Assembly (NCBI GenBank): GCA_027078545.1
Contig: JALWXN010000004.1
Coordinates: 1,024,001 to 1,088,000, forward strand
DNA: 64,000 bases
Reading direction: 5' to 3'
From: Nitrososphaeria archaeon
GTDB taxonomy: Archaea > Thermoproteota > Nitrososphaeria > Geothermarchaeales > JDFR-13
The notes under the pieces were generated by a model. The model was not told the DNA's origin. It ran no database searches and was given only the letters and a program-made list of their open reading frames with translations. Position 1 is the first letter of the stretch, and each line of letters starts with the position of its first letter. Positions 40,644-50,831 of the stretch are shown one piece after another. A program made the translations under genes and the position numbers.

Positions 40644-42534
40644 ACCATCCTAGGAGCTCTTTAAGCCTCTCAACCCTATGCTTAGGCTTCCCCTTACGGC
40701 TCAGGTCATGATCCTCCTTGGGGAAGAGCACTAGCCTCGTTGGGACACCAGCCTTCTTAAGGGCTGTGAAGAAGATCAGGGCTTGGTCCATCCAGCAGCG
40801 ATAGTCATTCATCGAGTGGATAATCAGGGTGGGCGTCCTAACCCTCGAGGCATGGGCCACAGGGCTCTTCTCGATACACCTAGCTATATCTTCTAGGGGG
40901 CTACAGCCAATCTGATCCTCTACGAAGTAGAAGCCTATATCCGTGGTCCCGAACATCGAGACCCAGTCGGAGATCGGCCTCATAGTAGCTGCAGCCCTAA
41001 ACCTATCGGTCTGGGTAACTATCCAGTTCGTCATGAAGCCTCCGTAGCTCCCACCAGCCACCCCAATCCTATCCCGGTCGAGGAAGTCGAACTTCTCAAG
41101 GACATGGTCTACAGCCTCCATCAAGTCCATATAGTCCCTCTCCCCATAGCGGCCCCTAATATCGGCGAATCCCTCGTCATAGCCATCACTCCCCCTGGGA
41201 TTGGTGAATACCACTGCATACCCACTAGAGACGTAGAGCTGGAACTCCTCCATGAACGACGGTCCAAACATCGTCTTAGGCCCGCCATGGATATATAGGA
41301 TCCATGGGAAGGGACCCTTACCCCTAGGCTTCAAGACCCAGCCATCGATCTTAGCACCGTCGGAGGCCGTGAACCTGAAGTGGAGTGGGGATGCAAGGTA
41401 GTACTTCTCCCTAAACCCCTCCGTGAAACGCGTAGCTCTACGTGGCTCCCCATCCTCATAGATATAGATCTCCTTAGGCCGGTCAAACGACATAGCGGTG
41501 AAGACTAGCCTCCCATCCCTGACGTCGAACTCATCTATAGACATATCACCCAGATCGAGGAATGGCTTAGCGTCCCAGCCCGGTGGGGAAGCCCTGTAGA
41601 GGACTACCCTACCCTTCCTAGAGACCTGGAAGTATAGGTCTTCACCATCCCAGACCATCCTCCTGCTACAGGAGGGCCCCCTAACATCTGAGTTCACGGT
41701 ATTGGATACGTTGTATATCCCCGGCCTGACTATGGCCACTAGATCCATCTCCACCGGATGGACTATGTATATCCTGTTATGCGTGGCGAAGCCCCTCGCC
41801 CTGTCATGGCCCAGCACAGCCAGTAGGCCGGACCCGCTCCAAGCGACGCTCCACAGCGTGTATCCCGATAGGAGGGTCTCCTCCTCCCCAGTCTCCATAT
41901 CCATGATGTGTAGACTCGTCACGTAGGGCCTCAGCTCCTCATCCCTAGATATATAGGCTAGTAGACGGCCATCCCTAGACATAGCAGCATCGACGACATG
42001 GAGATCCTCGGGCGTAGCCTCCCTCTTAACGCCTCCATAGGCGTCCAGGACATAGGCCCTGTTATAGAGGCTGTAGACGAAGCCCGCCCCATTGAACCAT
42101 ACGGGGAGGCGCTCAATCCTCTTCACATCCTCCTCAACCTCACCCGTCCTCTCCAGGATGAGTATCCTCCCATCATCTATCCATGACCAGGATACTATTC
42201 CGTTCCTACTCCTGTAGAGCTCCCGGGGCTCACCCCTCAGATCAGTTACCCAGAGCGAGACGCCCCTCTCATCATCCTTGAAGCCCCTCCGGCTCAGGAA
42301 GCCTATCCTAGCCCCGCTGGGGCTCCACCTCCCACAGAAGTCTGAAGGGCCACTCGTGACAGACTCGTGATGACCATCTCCATAGTCCATGAGCCATAGG
42401 GTCGAGAGGTATCGATCCCTATCGCCATCCATCCTGGTAACGGTGAAGAGGATCTTGTCGGCATCTGGTGAGAAGCTCGGGTCGGATACCAGTGTGATCT
42501 CTAGGAGACTCTCAGGCGTGAGCCTCTTCCTCAT
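40606..42534 (-). CDS. S9-family acylaminoacyl peptidase
   Basis: Beta-propeller repeats, HGGP, NPRGSDGY, GGSYGG, DYRC, EDHD. Confidence 0.93.
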   Translation of the reverse strand: MRKRLTPESLLEITLVSDPSFSPDADKILFTVTRMDGDRDRYLSTLWLMDYGDGHHESVTSGPSDFCGRWSPSGARIGFLSRRGFKDDERGVSLWVTDLRGEPRELYRSRNGIVSWSWIDDGRILILERTGEVEEDVKRIERLPVWFNGAGFVYSLYNRAYVLDAYGGVKREATPEDLHVVDAAMSRDGRLLAYISRDEELRPYVTSLHIMDMETGEEETLLSGYTLWSVAWSGSGLLAVLGHDRARGFATHNRIYIVHPVEMDLVAIVRPGIYNVSNTVNSDVRGPSCSRRMVWDGEDLYFQVSRKGRVVLYRASPPGWDAKPFLDLGDMSIDEFDVRDGRLVFTAMSFDRPKEIYIYEDGEPRRATRFTEGFREKYYLASPLHFRFTASDGAKIDGWVLKPRGKGPFPWILYIHGGPKTMFGPSFMEEFQLYVSSGYAVVFTNPRGSDGYDEGFADIRGRYGERDYMDLMEAVDHVLEKFDFLDRDRIGVAGGSYGGFMTNWIVTQTDRFRAAATMRPISDWVSMFGTTDIGFYFVEDQIGCSPLEDIARCIEKSPVAHASRVRTPTLIIHSMNDYRCWMDQALIFFTALKKAGVPTRLVLFPKEDHDLSRKGKPKHRVERLKELLGWFDKWLKGGSGEE

Positions 42535-42630
42535 AGCAAGGAAACTCCCCTGATAAACGATTTAAAACATGAGAACCATGCCCGAGTAGAGGCGTCATCT
42601 TTATCCATCGAGACTGGGAAATACTAGTCT

Positions 42631-43626
42631 ATGGAGCTCAGGCTATGTATAGTCGGCTTTGGAAACGTTGGCACGGGGCTGGCCAAGATCCTCCTCGAGA
42701 AAGGCTACAAGGTGATGGGTCGGGAGATAAGGGTCACCGCCATAGTGGACCCGGTGAAGGGGAGCGTTATCGACCAGGGTGGAGTAGACCTCGCCAAGGC
42801 CCTTAGACTGGTCAGGGAGAAGGGTAGGCTCGTGGGATATGGAGAGGGCTATCATGACGAGGTGGATACATTGGAGGTTATCAAGCAGGGATATCACGAC
42901 GTGGTTGTGGAGCTCACCCCAACCAATATAGAGACTGGGGAGCCGGGGTATAGCCATGTAAAGACGGCCCTAGAGACGGGGAAGCACGTCATAACCACCA
43001 ATAAGGGCCCCATAGCACTCAATCTATACGATCTACTCACACTGGCCAGTGAGAAGGGGCTATACCTAGGCTTCGAGGGCACCGTGATGAGTGGGACACC
43101 ACTGATAAAGACCCTCCTATACGGGATGGATAGAGGGCTTGTAAAGAGGGTGGAGGGAGTCCTCAACGGGACTACGAACTACATATTGACGAGGATGGAG
43201 GAGGGCCTGACATATAGCGAGGCCCTGGAGGAGGCGAGGGCCAAGGGCTATGCAGAGGCCGATCCAAGCATGGATATAGATGGCCACGACCTAGCAGCGA
43301 AGGCCTCGATACTGGCTAGCCTGATAGAGGGGAGGCAGGTAACCCCCAGGATGATCAGGAGGACGAGCCTAAGGACATACCTAGAGAAGGCTGGGTATAG
43401 GGTGGGAACCAAGTACGTCCTCTCTGTAGAGCCCGGCGACTACAGGGTAGAGCCCAGGGAGTATTCCGAGGATCATCCCCTAAGGATGCTCAGAGGAGTT
43501 GAGAACGGTGTCATCATAGAGACGGAGTACCTCGGAAGGATATTCCTCAGCGGCCCCGGGGCTGGTAGGGAGGAGACCGGCTACGCCGTATTGACAGACC
43601 TTATCGACCTTATACGCCGCCTCTAG
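42631..43626 (+). CDS. hom: Homoserine dehydrogenase
   Basis: GFGNVG, HVITTNKGP, FEGTV, NGTTNYIL, GYAEADPS.DIDG.D, GPGAG. Confidence 0.93.
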   Translation: MELRLCIVGFGNVGTGLAKILLEKGYKVMGREIRVTAIVDPVKGSVIDQGGVDLAKALRLVREKGRLVGYGEGYHDEVDTLEVIKQGYHDVVVELTPTNIETGEPGYSHVKTALETGKHVITTNKGPIALNLYDLLTLASEKGLYLGFEGTVMSGTPLIKTLLYGMDRGLVKRVEGVLNGTTNYILTRMEEGLTYSEALEEARAKGYAEADPSMDIDGHDLAAKASILASLIEGRQVTPRMIRRTSLRTYLEKAGYRVGTKYVLSVEPGDYRVEPREYSEDHPLRMLRGVENGVIIETEYLGRIFLSGPGAGREETGYAVLTDLIDLIRRL

Positions 43627-44711
43627 GGGATTATCTCCACACTATTCGTGTAGGGTGGATACCTGATATCCCCGAGGCTCACTATACCCTCCCTCACAAG
43701 CTCCACGACCCGGGGCCTAACCCTCTCCAACTCATCTATAAGGTGGAAGACAGTCCTACAGACCTTGTGGAAACCATCCTCACCCCAGAACATCGTCTTA
43801 TTCGTGAATAGACACCTACCCCCACATAGGTCGAAGTAGCTACAGGACCTACAGGGCTCACCAACCACCGCCCTGCCCGGGAGGCTCTCCGGCGTGTCCC
43901 TATCGATATGCCCCACAACATTAAACCTAAACTCAGGGGCTATCGGGCAGGCCAGTATCCTACCATCAGTAGCTATGGCGAAGGCATCTATACCTGAGCC
44001 GCAGCGGAGATACCTCCTACGCTCACCAGTCAGCATACTCCACATCAGCCCCTTGAAGGGTGCTATCCCAAGAACATTACCATTCTCCATCTCCCTTATC
44101 CATAGCCTCACAAGCCTAGAGACACCCTCGTTATACCTCTCCAGCCAGGAGTCGAAGTCGCTATACCTCTGCATAGGGGGGTAGTCCCAGAGCACATCTA
44201 GCTGCCAATGTACATGGCTGAAGAGACCGTCGAGGAAGAGTAGATGGGTAACCTCCCTATAGATATCCGTCTTGGAGGAGACGGCCATACGGGCGACCAG
44301 GTCACCCCTAAACCCCACACTCCTAACATACCTAGCCCTCTCCAAGACCTTGTCATACACACCCCTTCCACGGTAATAGTCTGTAACCTCCCTACCCCCA
44401 TCGATGCTAAGGAGGATCGTGTCGAACCTCCGGATATAGTCGTCACCCAGCCTATGGAGCATGACACCATTGGTCTGGATAACATAGTGCTTAGCAGGTA
44501 CACGGTCCATAATGAGCCTAACCAGGTCACCCCTCATCGAGGGATCCCCACCATAGAAACATATCACCGCCTCAGGGTCGCGAGATATGAAGCGGCGTAT
44601 CCTCTCTACATCCACCTCGAGATGTATAGGCATGATCCTAGGGTTAGGCTCATTCATACAGTAGATACACTTCAATCCACAGACCTGGGTCAGTATAATG
44701 TAGTACAGCAT
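43623..44711 (-). CDS. Radical SAM/SPASM protein (TIGR04084/AF0577-like)
   Basis: CGLKCIYC, FYGGDP, QTNG, SIDG, CGSG, CRSCSYFDLCGGRC, terminal EIIP. Confidence 0.85.
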   Translation of the reverse strand: MLYYIILTQVCGLKCIYCMNEPNPRIMPIHLEVDVERIRRFISRDPEAVICFYGGDPSMRGDLVRLIMDRVPAKHYVIQTNGVMLHRLGDDYIRRFDTILLSIDGGREVTDYYRGRGVYDKVLERARYVRSVGFRGDLVARMAVSSKTDIYREVTHLLFLDGLFSHVHWQLDVLWDYPPMQRYSDFDSWLERYNEGVSRLVRLWIREMENGNVLGIAPFKGLMWSMLTGERRRYLRCGSGIDAFAIATDGRILACPIAPEFRFNVVGHIDRDTPESLPGRAVVGEPCRSCSYFDLCGGRCLFTNKTMFWGEDGFHKVCRTVFHLIDELERVRPRVVELVREGIVSLGDIRYPPYTNSVEIIP

Positions 44712-44836
44712 TGATTACTAACTATCCACCAGAGGATTTAATAACTCTGGATAAGGTTTCGAACCGGCGGGGTAAATACATGTATTAACGGGGACGCCAA
44801 GGTTATTATACCAGGCAGAGTGGAAATATCCATATT

Positions 44837-45478
44837 ATGATTATAACCTTCGACTGCTACGGAACCCTGATAGACTGGCTCGGAGGAGCCAAGAAAGCCT
44901 TCCTAGAACTATACCCCGGCGAGGAGGAGAAGGTAGACAGCTTCATAAAATACTGGGGAGAGAAGGACTGGGAACTAGTTAGCAGCGGTGTATACAGGCC
45001 CTACAGAGAGATCCTGAGGATAGGCTTCAAATACGCCCTCGAGAAGCTAGGCCTAGAATATGATGAGGAGACCCTTGAGAGGCTGACCTACTCCATCTAC
45101 GACTGGAGACCCTTCCCAGACGTGCATGACCCACTCGCGAGGCTGGTGGAGAAGGGTGTCGAGCTAGGAATAATATCCAACACCGATAGAGACTTCATAA
45201 TGAAGAGTATAGAGCATATAGGCGTGGAGTTCCGCCACATAATAGTCGCAGAGGACATCAAGATCTACAAGCCAGACCCAAGAGTATTCATAGAGGCCCG
45301 TAAAAGACTCCCAAGCGACAGGTGGATCCACGTATCGGCATATCCACAGTACGACATATACCCAGCACTAGAGGCGGGGGTAGAGACCATACTCCTAGAC
45401 AGATACGGATACAGAGACCAGGTGGACCAGACAAAGGTCAGGGTGATAGAGAGGCTGGAGGAGCTCCTAAACCTGTAG
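44837..45478 (+). CDS. HAD-family haloacid dehalogenase type II-like hydrolase
   Basis: FDCYGTLIDW, ISNTD, YKPDP, HVSA...D. Confidence 0.88.
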   Translation: MIITFDCYGTLIDWLGGAKKAFLELYPGEEEKVDSFIKYWGEKDWELVSSGVYRPYREILRIGFKYALEKLGLEYDEETLERLTYSIYDWRPFPDVHDPLARLVEKGVELGIISNTDRDFIMKSIEHIGVEFRHIIVAEDIKIYKPDPRVFIEARKRLPSDRWIHVSAYPQYDIYPALEAGVETILLDRYGYRDQVDQTKVRVIERLEELLNL

Positions 45479-45806
45479 AGACTACCTATCCCCTAAATAT
45501 CCCACGGCATATCACTGAAGGACAAATCCCTACCTTACGACAGAGGAAGACTAGAAGACTCATAGGAAACAATACTGAAACCAGGCGTAATATCGTCTCA
45601 ACACACCAACGAAAAATATAAATTCTAGATAAGCTCCCAACCACTTCTCAAAGGCATACTTACCGCTATCCAATGACTGAGGAGTGTGGCTAGGCTATTG
45701 CTCCAGTCCAGATCCAATGTAGATAAAAACCAAAATCTATACTCATCTGTAGACTGTAGCACGAGGATTTTAGTTAAATATAATGGGACTATATCTAGTT
45801 CATGGG

Positions 45807-46730
45807 ATGACTTCTGGCGTGGGCCTAGTCAGGACTGAGAAGCTGAACAAGTACTTCGGCAGGGTACACGCCTTGAGGGACGTCACCCTAACGATTGGGG
45901 GTGGCATAACAGGTGTAATAGGCCCCAACGGCGCTGGGAAGACAACGTTGATGAACATTGTGGTTGGCCTAGTCAAGCCCAGCAGCGGAGAGGTGGAGGT
46001 CTTCGGCATGGATCCATGGAGCGAGGGGAGTAGAGTTAGGGATAGGCTGGGCCTACTACTTGAGGATATGGAGCTCCCTAGACGGTTTACTGGTAGAAGG
46101 TTCATAAAGTTCCTCTCAGACCTCTACGGGGTATCGATGGATAGCCTCATGGATATGGTTAGATACTTCGAGATGGAGTATGCATTGGATAGGGAGATAT
46201 CAACATACTCCGCGGGCATGCTTAAGAGGATGGGCCTAATAAACGCCTTCGCAAACCCCGAGGCGGAACTCGTAATACTAGACGAGCCATCCGCAAACCT
46301 CGACATAGGCAGTAGACTGAAGGTGATGGACTATATTAAGCAGATAAGGAGTGAGAGGAACGTGGTGATAGCGTCCCACATACTCCCAGAGCTCGAGGAG
46401 GTGTGTGACTGGGTGATACTGATAAACAGGGGGCGCGTAGTGGAGTCGAAGAGGCTAGCCCACTACTACGAGACTATGAAGCCGTATAGATACGTCGTGA
46501 CATCCAACAACAGTGAGGCCCTCTACAGACTGCTTGAGGGGATAGATACGATAGATAACTACTGGGTGGAGGGGAGCAGAATAGTCCTCGAGACAGGGGA
46601 GCCAAACAAGACGCTCAGAAAACTGGTGGAGACCGCCGAACAGAACAGGATAGAGATATACGAGTTCAAACCAGTGGAGGACATACTCACAAGGATCTTC
46701 AGGGAGAAGATATACTCGGACCAGGCCTGA
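45807..46730 (+). CDS. ABC-2 type exporter ATP-binding protein
   Basis: GPNGAGKTT, YSAGM, ILDEP, SH; likely start ATG 45807 downstream of a TATA at about 45774. Confidence 0.92.
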   Translation: MTSGVGLVRTEKLNKYFGRVHALRDVTLTIGGGITGVIGPNGAGKTTLMNIVVGLVKPSSGEVEVFGMDPWSEGSRVRDRLGLLLEDMELPRRFTGRRFIKFLSDLYGVSMDSLMDMVRYFEMEYALDREISTYSAGMLKRMGLINAFANPEAELVILDEPSANLDIGSRLKVMDYIKQIRSERNVVIASHILPELEEVCDWVILINRGRVVESKRLAHYYETMKPYRYVVTSNNSEALYRLLEGIDTIDNYWVEGSRIVLETGEPNKTLRKLVETAEQNRIEIYEFKPVEDILTRIFREKIYSDQA

Positions 46731-46738
46731 GGAGAGGG

Positions 46739-47653
46739 TCAGCCCCTAAGCCTCCTAACAATCCTCACCACGACATATATGAGAAGCATTATCAAAGCTA
46801 ATGGTAGCAGGCCAAATAGGAGGCCTAGCAAAGGGTTCACCAGACTCAGTGCTCTCTGTGTCCTGGTGAACATAAATAACAGCCCCTCAAAACTTAGAAT
46901 CGGCAACTCGCTGAGCGGCAGATTAGTATCTAGGAGAGACAGACCAACCCTAACGAATAAGTCGCGCTCGATAAGCTCCGGGAGGAAGGACATACATCTG
47001 TAGGCCACACCCGAGACAGCATCAAAACTACACGTGAACATTGGACTTAGGTCGATAGTTACATTGAGCTCTGGATACGACACTAAAACCTCCATAAATA
47101 TTGTGAATTCAAAGGCTCTATAATACCAATCCAAATGATTTATCGTACCCACATCGGAAACCTCAATATCGACTATACTCGCGTTGAACCTCTCCATATA
47201 TATCGCGTACTCACCCCGAGCAAGATCCTCAGCCTTGAAGATATCTACAAAGGTTAGGAAGGGCATCCTCCCCCAGGGAAGCACAATATAGTGGCCCCTC
47301 CTATCAACAGTGAAACGCCCAGCAAGAATATCAAGAACCTCCATATCTGGTGATAGACTCTCAATCTCATACCGGATAACCATGGAATCCACACCTATAT
47401 CCTCAACAACATAGGTAAGCCTGAACCTCCTATCAACCAGCCCCTCATTAACATCATACAAATCCTTCAAGACACCGGGGTACACAACATCTGTAGACAG
47501 AGGAATCACGTCACTTACAGTGAGGCTATATACTACATAGGAGTCTTCAGAGAGGTATGGCATAGCATCCGAGCCATTCTCTGCAAATACTGGAAGAGGT
47601 AATAGCAGAAGTAGAGCCGTAACAATTCCCAATAGACGGTTAAAGCGGTACAT
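46739..47653 (-). CDS. Hypothetical secreted/membrane-anchored protein
   Basis: Signal peptide, beta-rich ectodomain, C-terminal TM with basic tail; lower GC than neighbours. Confidence 0.7.
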   Translation of the reverse strand: MYRFNRLLGIVTALLLLLPLPVFAENGSDAMPYLSEDSYVVYSLTVSDVIPLSTDVVYPGVLKDLYDVNEGLVDRRFRLTYVVEDIGVDSMVIRYEIESLSPDMEVLDILAGRFTVDRRGHYIVLPWGRMPFLTFVDIFKAEDLARGEYAIYMERFNASIVDIEVSDVGTINHLDWYYRAFEFTIFMEVLVSYPELNVTIDLSPMFTCSFDAVSGVAYRCMSFLPELIERDLFVRVGLSLLDTNLPLSELPILSFEGLLFMFTRTQRALSLVNPLLGLLFGLLPLALIMLLIYVVVRIVRRLRG

Positions 47654-48070
47654 TACCCCACACTCCCCTCGATGTTAACAGATCCCTCCCATATCCGCAT
47701 ACCCCAGCCACATAACATTGGAGACTAGTGTTGAGAGGGCTCAGCACATAGGTGTTCCTATGTATAGCTCCTTCAACAGGTGATAGATGTATAGCCTGGG
47801 TCATGTTAGAATCCGTTAAGATATTATACAGACCCATAAAATTATGTGATGTTAGACTATGCCTATAAGTATTATGGCATCACATTTCAGTAGTGAAGGG
47901 TATTTGCTAAATGGGTGTACATCGTGTGGATAGGTGTGTGGAGCTCCTCATCTCCAAGATTAGATGGAGATGGTTCATTCCATGTAGAGGGTTATGTAGG
48001 GGTTGCTGAGGCCCTTGGACATAGTGTGAAGGCGATGTGGTGGAGACTGGTTCCTAAGGGGTGTCTATAG

Positions 48071-48919
48071 GTGAGGAGGGTATTAACATTATTGAAGTAC
48101 GAGTTGTTTAGCCAGAGTGTCTATCCCTACGCCTTCCTCGTAATGCTGATAGTCTTCGCGGCTACCTACTCCCCCGATTTCAATAAGGGTATAGGGCTTC
48201 TGAACCTCAGGGTGGTGGGTGGCGAACCCTCTGACCAGGTGCTGGAGAGGGCCATCCTATCCGGATACCTGATCAACCTGAAGACCTTCCATATAGACTT
48301 CTATGGTGGAGTATTCTCCCCCTGGGTGATCCTAGGCATCTCAGCCACCTATGCATTCTCCCTGTGTAGGGATCTGGGGAGGGAGAGGCTTAGATATATG
48401 TTATCCCTCCCAATCAGGAGGTCCGAGTATCTCCTGGCAAAGATAGTCGTCGTGACCACCCTAGTCCTGGTATCCTACTACCTATCCCTAGTAATGGTTT
48501 TGGGGCTCAGGTTCGGCTTCGGGGAGATGGCCTACACCTACCCCTTAGTCTTCGTTAGGGATGTAGCGATCGTCTCGAGCGCATCTATACTCGTCGCCGT
48601 GGCGACTAGGAACGACCTAGTCACAATATTCTCAGGAGTCATGGGTAAGTCGATCGTAGACTTCATATTCACCACCTACTTCGTTGGTGAGGAGGGCTAC
48701 GACCTCATACACAGTATAGAGCCCTACTACACAATGGGGATCATAGAGGTTGTTAGGAAGGTCGTCTCTGAACAGCCTACAATGATCTTCCTACTGGATC
48801 CCGAGTCTATAGACAGGGCGATAACCAACTCCAACCTCTACACCACCTATGTAATCCTGGCCTCACTCCTACTCATCGTCATAGCCCTAGCCATATTCAA
48901 CAGGAGGGAGGTGGACTAG
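48071..48919 (+). CDS. ABC-2 type exporter permease
   Basis: 6 TMs; LRYMLSLPIRRSEYLLAK motif; terminal F.RREV. Confidence 0.85.
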   Translation: MRRVLTLLKYELFSQSVYPYAFLVMLIVFAATYSPDFNKGIGLLNLRVVGGEPSDQVLERAILSGYLINLKTFHIDFYGGVFSPWVILGISATYAFSLCRDLGRERLRYMLSLPIRRSEYLLAKIVVVTTLVLVSYYLSLVMVLGLRFGFGEMAYTYPLVFVRDVAIVSSASILVAVATRNDLVTIFSGVMGKSIVDFIFTTYFVGEEGYDLIHSIEPYYTMGIIEVVRKVVSEQPTMIFLLDPESIDRAITNSNLYTTYVILASLLLIVIALAIFNRREVD

Positions 48920-49387
48920 ATGAGGATCCGTGACATAGGCCTACTGCTAGCCCTGGCGGCAATCACGATCCTGGTTACACATATAGTCATAGCAGAGCCC
49001 CCAAACCTGAAGAGGGAGTATATATTCGACCAGCCGCCCGCAAGGTCGTCACACATCCTGGTTATAGACGTCCCTGCAAGAGACATATTCATAGAGGTAA
49101 TACCTGAGGGCAGGGTAGAGCTGAGGATATTCTACACCGAGACTGGCGAGACTATAGTCGAGGAGGCCCTGGAAGACGTGGCACGCTACACGCTTAGGCC
49201 CGACAAGTCTACATACCTCTCCATAGAGATAGTTCTGGACAGGGATGAGAGGGCGGCCCTAACAGTCCTGATACATGGGTTGAGGCGCGACCTGATCAAC
49301 GCCTCGACCATATTGTTTATGGCTGGAGCCCTCCTCTACCTAGCCGCTAGACTGGCCTCCCGTAGATATGGCCTGGACTGGTTGTAG
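48920..49387 (+). CDS. Hypothetical membrane protein (two TMs flanking a small extracellular domain)
   Basis: Abuts the permease stop codon; N- and C-terminal hydrophobic helices. Confidence 0.7.
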   Translation: MRIRDIGLLLALAAITILVTHIVIAEPPNLKREYIFDQPPARSSHILVIDVPARDIFIEVIPEGRVELRIFYTETGETIVEEALEDVARYTLRPDKSTYLSIEIVLDRDERAALTVLIHGLRRDLINASTILFMAGALLYLAARLASRRYGLDWL

Positions 49388-49395
49388 CCCGGCTC

Positions 49396-50781
49396 CTAGA
49401 AGGCTTCTATAATCTTGATCCTCGGGATCTCCTCACTAAGGATCGGGGCTACATCCTTCAGGGCCTCGATAGTCTTCTCGATATCCTCCTCTGTATGCTG
49501 GACACTTATCGTCCACTGCTCATCATAGCCAGGTGCGGTGGCCACCACACCCCTATTCATCATGGCTATGAAGTAGGCCCACCACATCCCCACATGGTTA
49601 TACCTCAGGAAGTCATGCCAGTTCTTCACCTCGTTATCGGTGAAGAACACCGTTGCACTGTTCCCAAACACCTTTATGTTGTGGGGCACACCAGCATCGC
49701 TAAGGACGTCGTCATAGGCCTTGGCCAGCTCCTCATTCAGCCTGGCACTCCTCTCCATAGCCTCCCTCGTCAACGCCTCTGTAAGCGTTGCTATAGCCGC
49801 GTCAACAGCCAATGGGTTGGAGTTGAACGTCCCTGCATGGGGTATCTTACCAGGCCCAACCTCCTCCATAATCTCCTTCCTACCACCTATGATGGATAGT
49901 GGGTAGCCCCCTGCAACGGCCTTAGCCATAGTCTTCATATCGGGCCTGACACCATAGTACTCCTCCGCCCCACCGTAGAGCTTACCAGAGGTCTTGACCT
50001 CGTCGAAGATCAGGATCACCCCATACTCGTCGCAGAGCCTCCTAAGGCCCCACATAAACTCCTTATCCGCCGGTACAAGCCCGATGTTCATGGCGACGGG
50101 CTCAAGGATGACGGCTGCAACCTCGTCAGGATGCTCCGACAGGAGGATCTCCACACTCTCGAGGTCGTTGAACTGGGCCACCAAGGTATCCTCAACAGCC
50201 AGGTCTGGTATGCCTGGCCCGCTCTTAGGCCTGGCCGGATACTTGACATGCCCAGCCGCATATATGTTGGGCTTGGTACCCACCAGGACATAGTCGTGGC
50301 TACCGTGGTAGTGGCCTAGGAACTTTATGATCTTATCCCTACCAGTATAGCCACGGGCTATCCTGATCGCGTGGAGAGTGGCCTCGAGACCCGTGGACTG
50401 GAACCTAACCATCTCAACGTTGAACCTCCTACTCACGATCTCCGCCAATTCATAGACCCTCTCATACTCGAAGCCCAGGATCGTCCCGTTAACAATCCTC
50501 TCCTTGACAGCCTCTACCACGGCTGGATGGTTATGCCCAGCCACCAGTACGCCGAAGGCGAGGTTATAGTCTATATACTCGTTCCCATCGGCGTCGAATA
50601 CCCTGGAGCCCCTCCCACTGGAGAAGTATACTGGGTAGGGCTCCCAAGCCCTATAGTTACTGTTCACCCCGTAGGGGATCAGTGGAGCAGTCTTCTCAAA
50701 TATCTCCCTAGACCTCCTAGTCCTCCCCCTGAAGACCTCGAGCTCCTTCTGGACAGCCTCTGGGAGACCACTCATAGACAA
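49396..50781 (-). CDS. Glutamate-1-semialdehyde aminomutase-like class III aminotransferase
   Basis: GVNSN.R, DADGNEYIDY, YHGSHD, FDEVKT, AKAVAGG.P, GTFNSNP. Confidence 0.88.
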   Translation of the reverse strand: MSMSGLPEAVQKELEVFRGRTRRSREIFEKTAPLIPYGVNSNYRAWEPYPVYFSSGRGSRVFDADGNEYIDYNLAFGVLVAGHNHPAVVEAVKERIVNGTILGFEYERVYELAEIVSRRFNVEMVRFQSTGLEATLHAIRIARGYTGRDKIIKFLGHYHGSHDYVLVGTKPNIYAAGHVKYPARPKSGPGIPDLAVEDTLVAQFNDLESVEILLSEHPDEVAAVILEPVAMNIGLVPADKEFMWGLRRLCDEYGVILIFDEVKTSGKLYGGAEEYYGVRPDMKTMAKAVAGGYPLSIIGGRKEIMEEVGPGKIPHAGTFNSNPLAVDAAIATLTEALTREAMERSARLNEELAKAYDDVLSDAGVPHNIKVFGNSATVFFTDNEVKNWHDFLRYNHVGMWWAYFIAMMNRGVVATAPGYDEQWTISVQHTEEDIEKTIEALKDVAPILSEEIPRIKIIEAF

Positions 50782-50831
50782 CGGTTTTGTGAGATAGGGC
50801 TAAATATATATAGGTTTAAACCTGGGAGGCC

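Noticed and set aside
47915-48070. Short frame containing LDGDGSF, reminiscent of a LAGLIDADG motif
   Set aside because: Only 51 codons, the preceding helix does not fit, and there is no intron or intein context.
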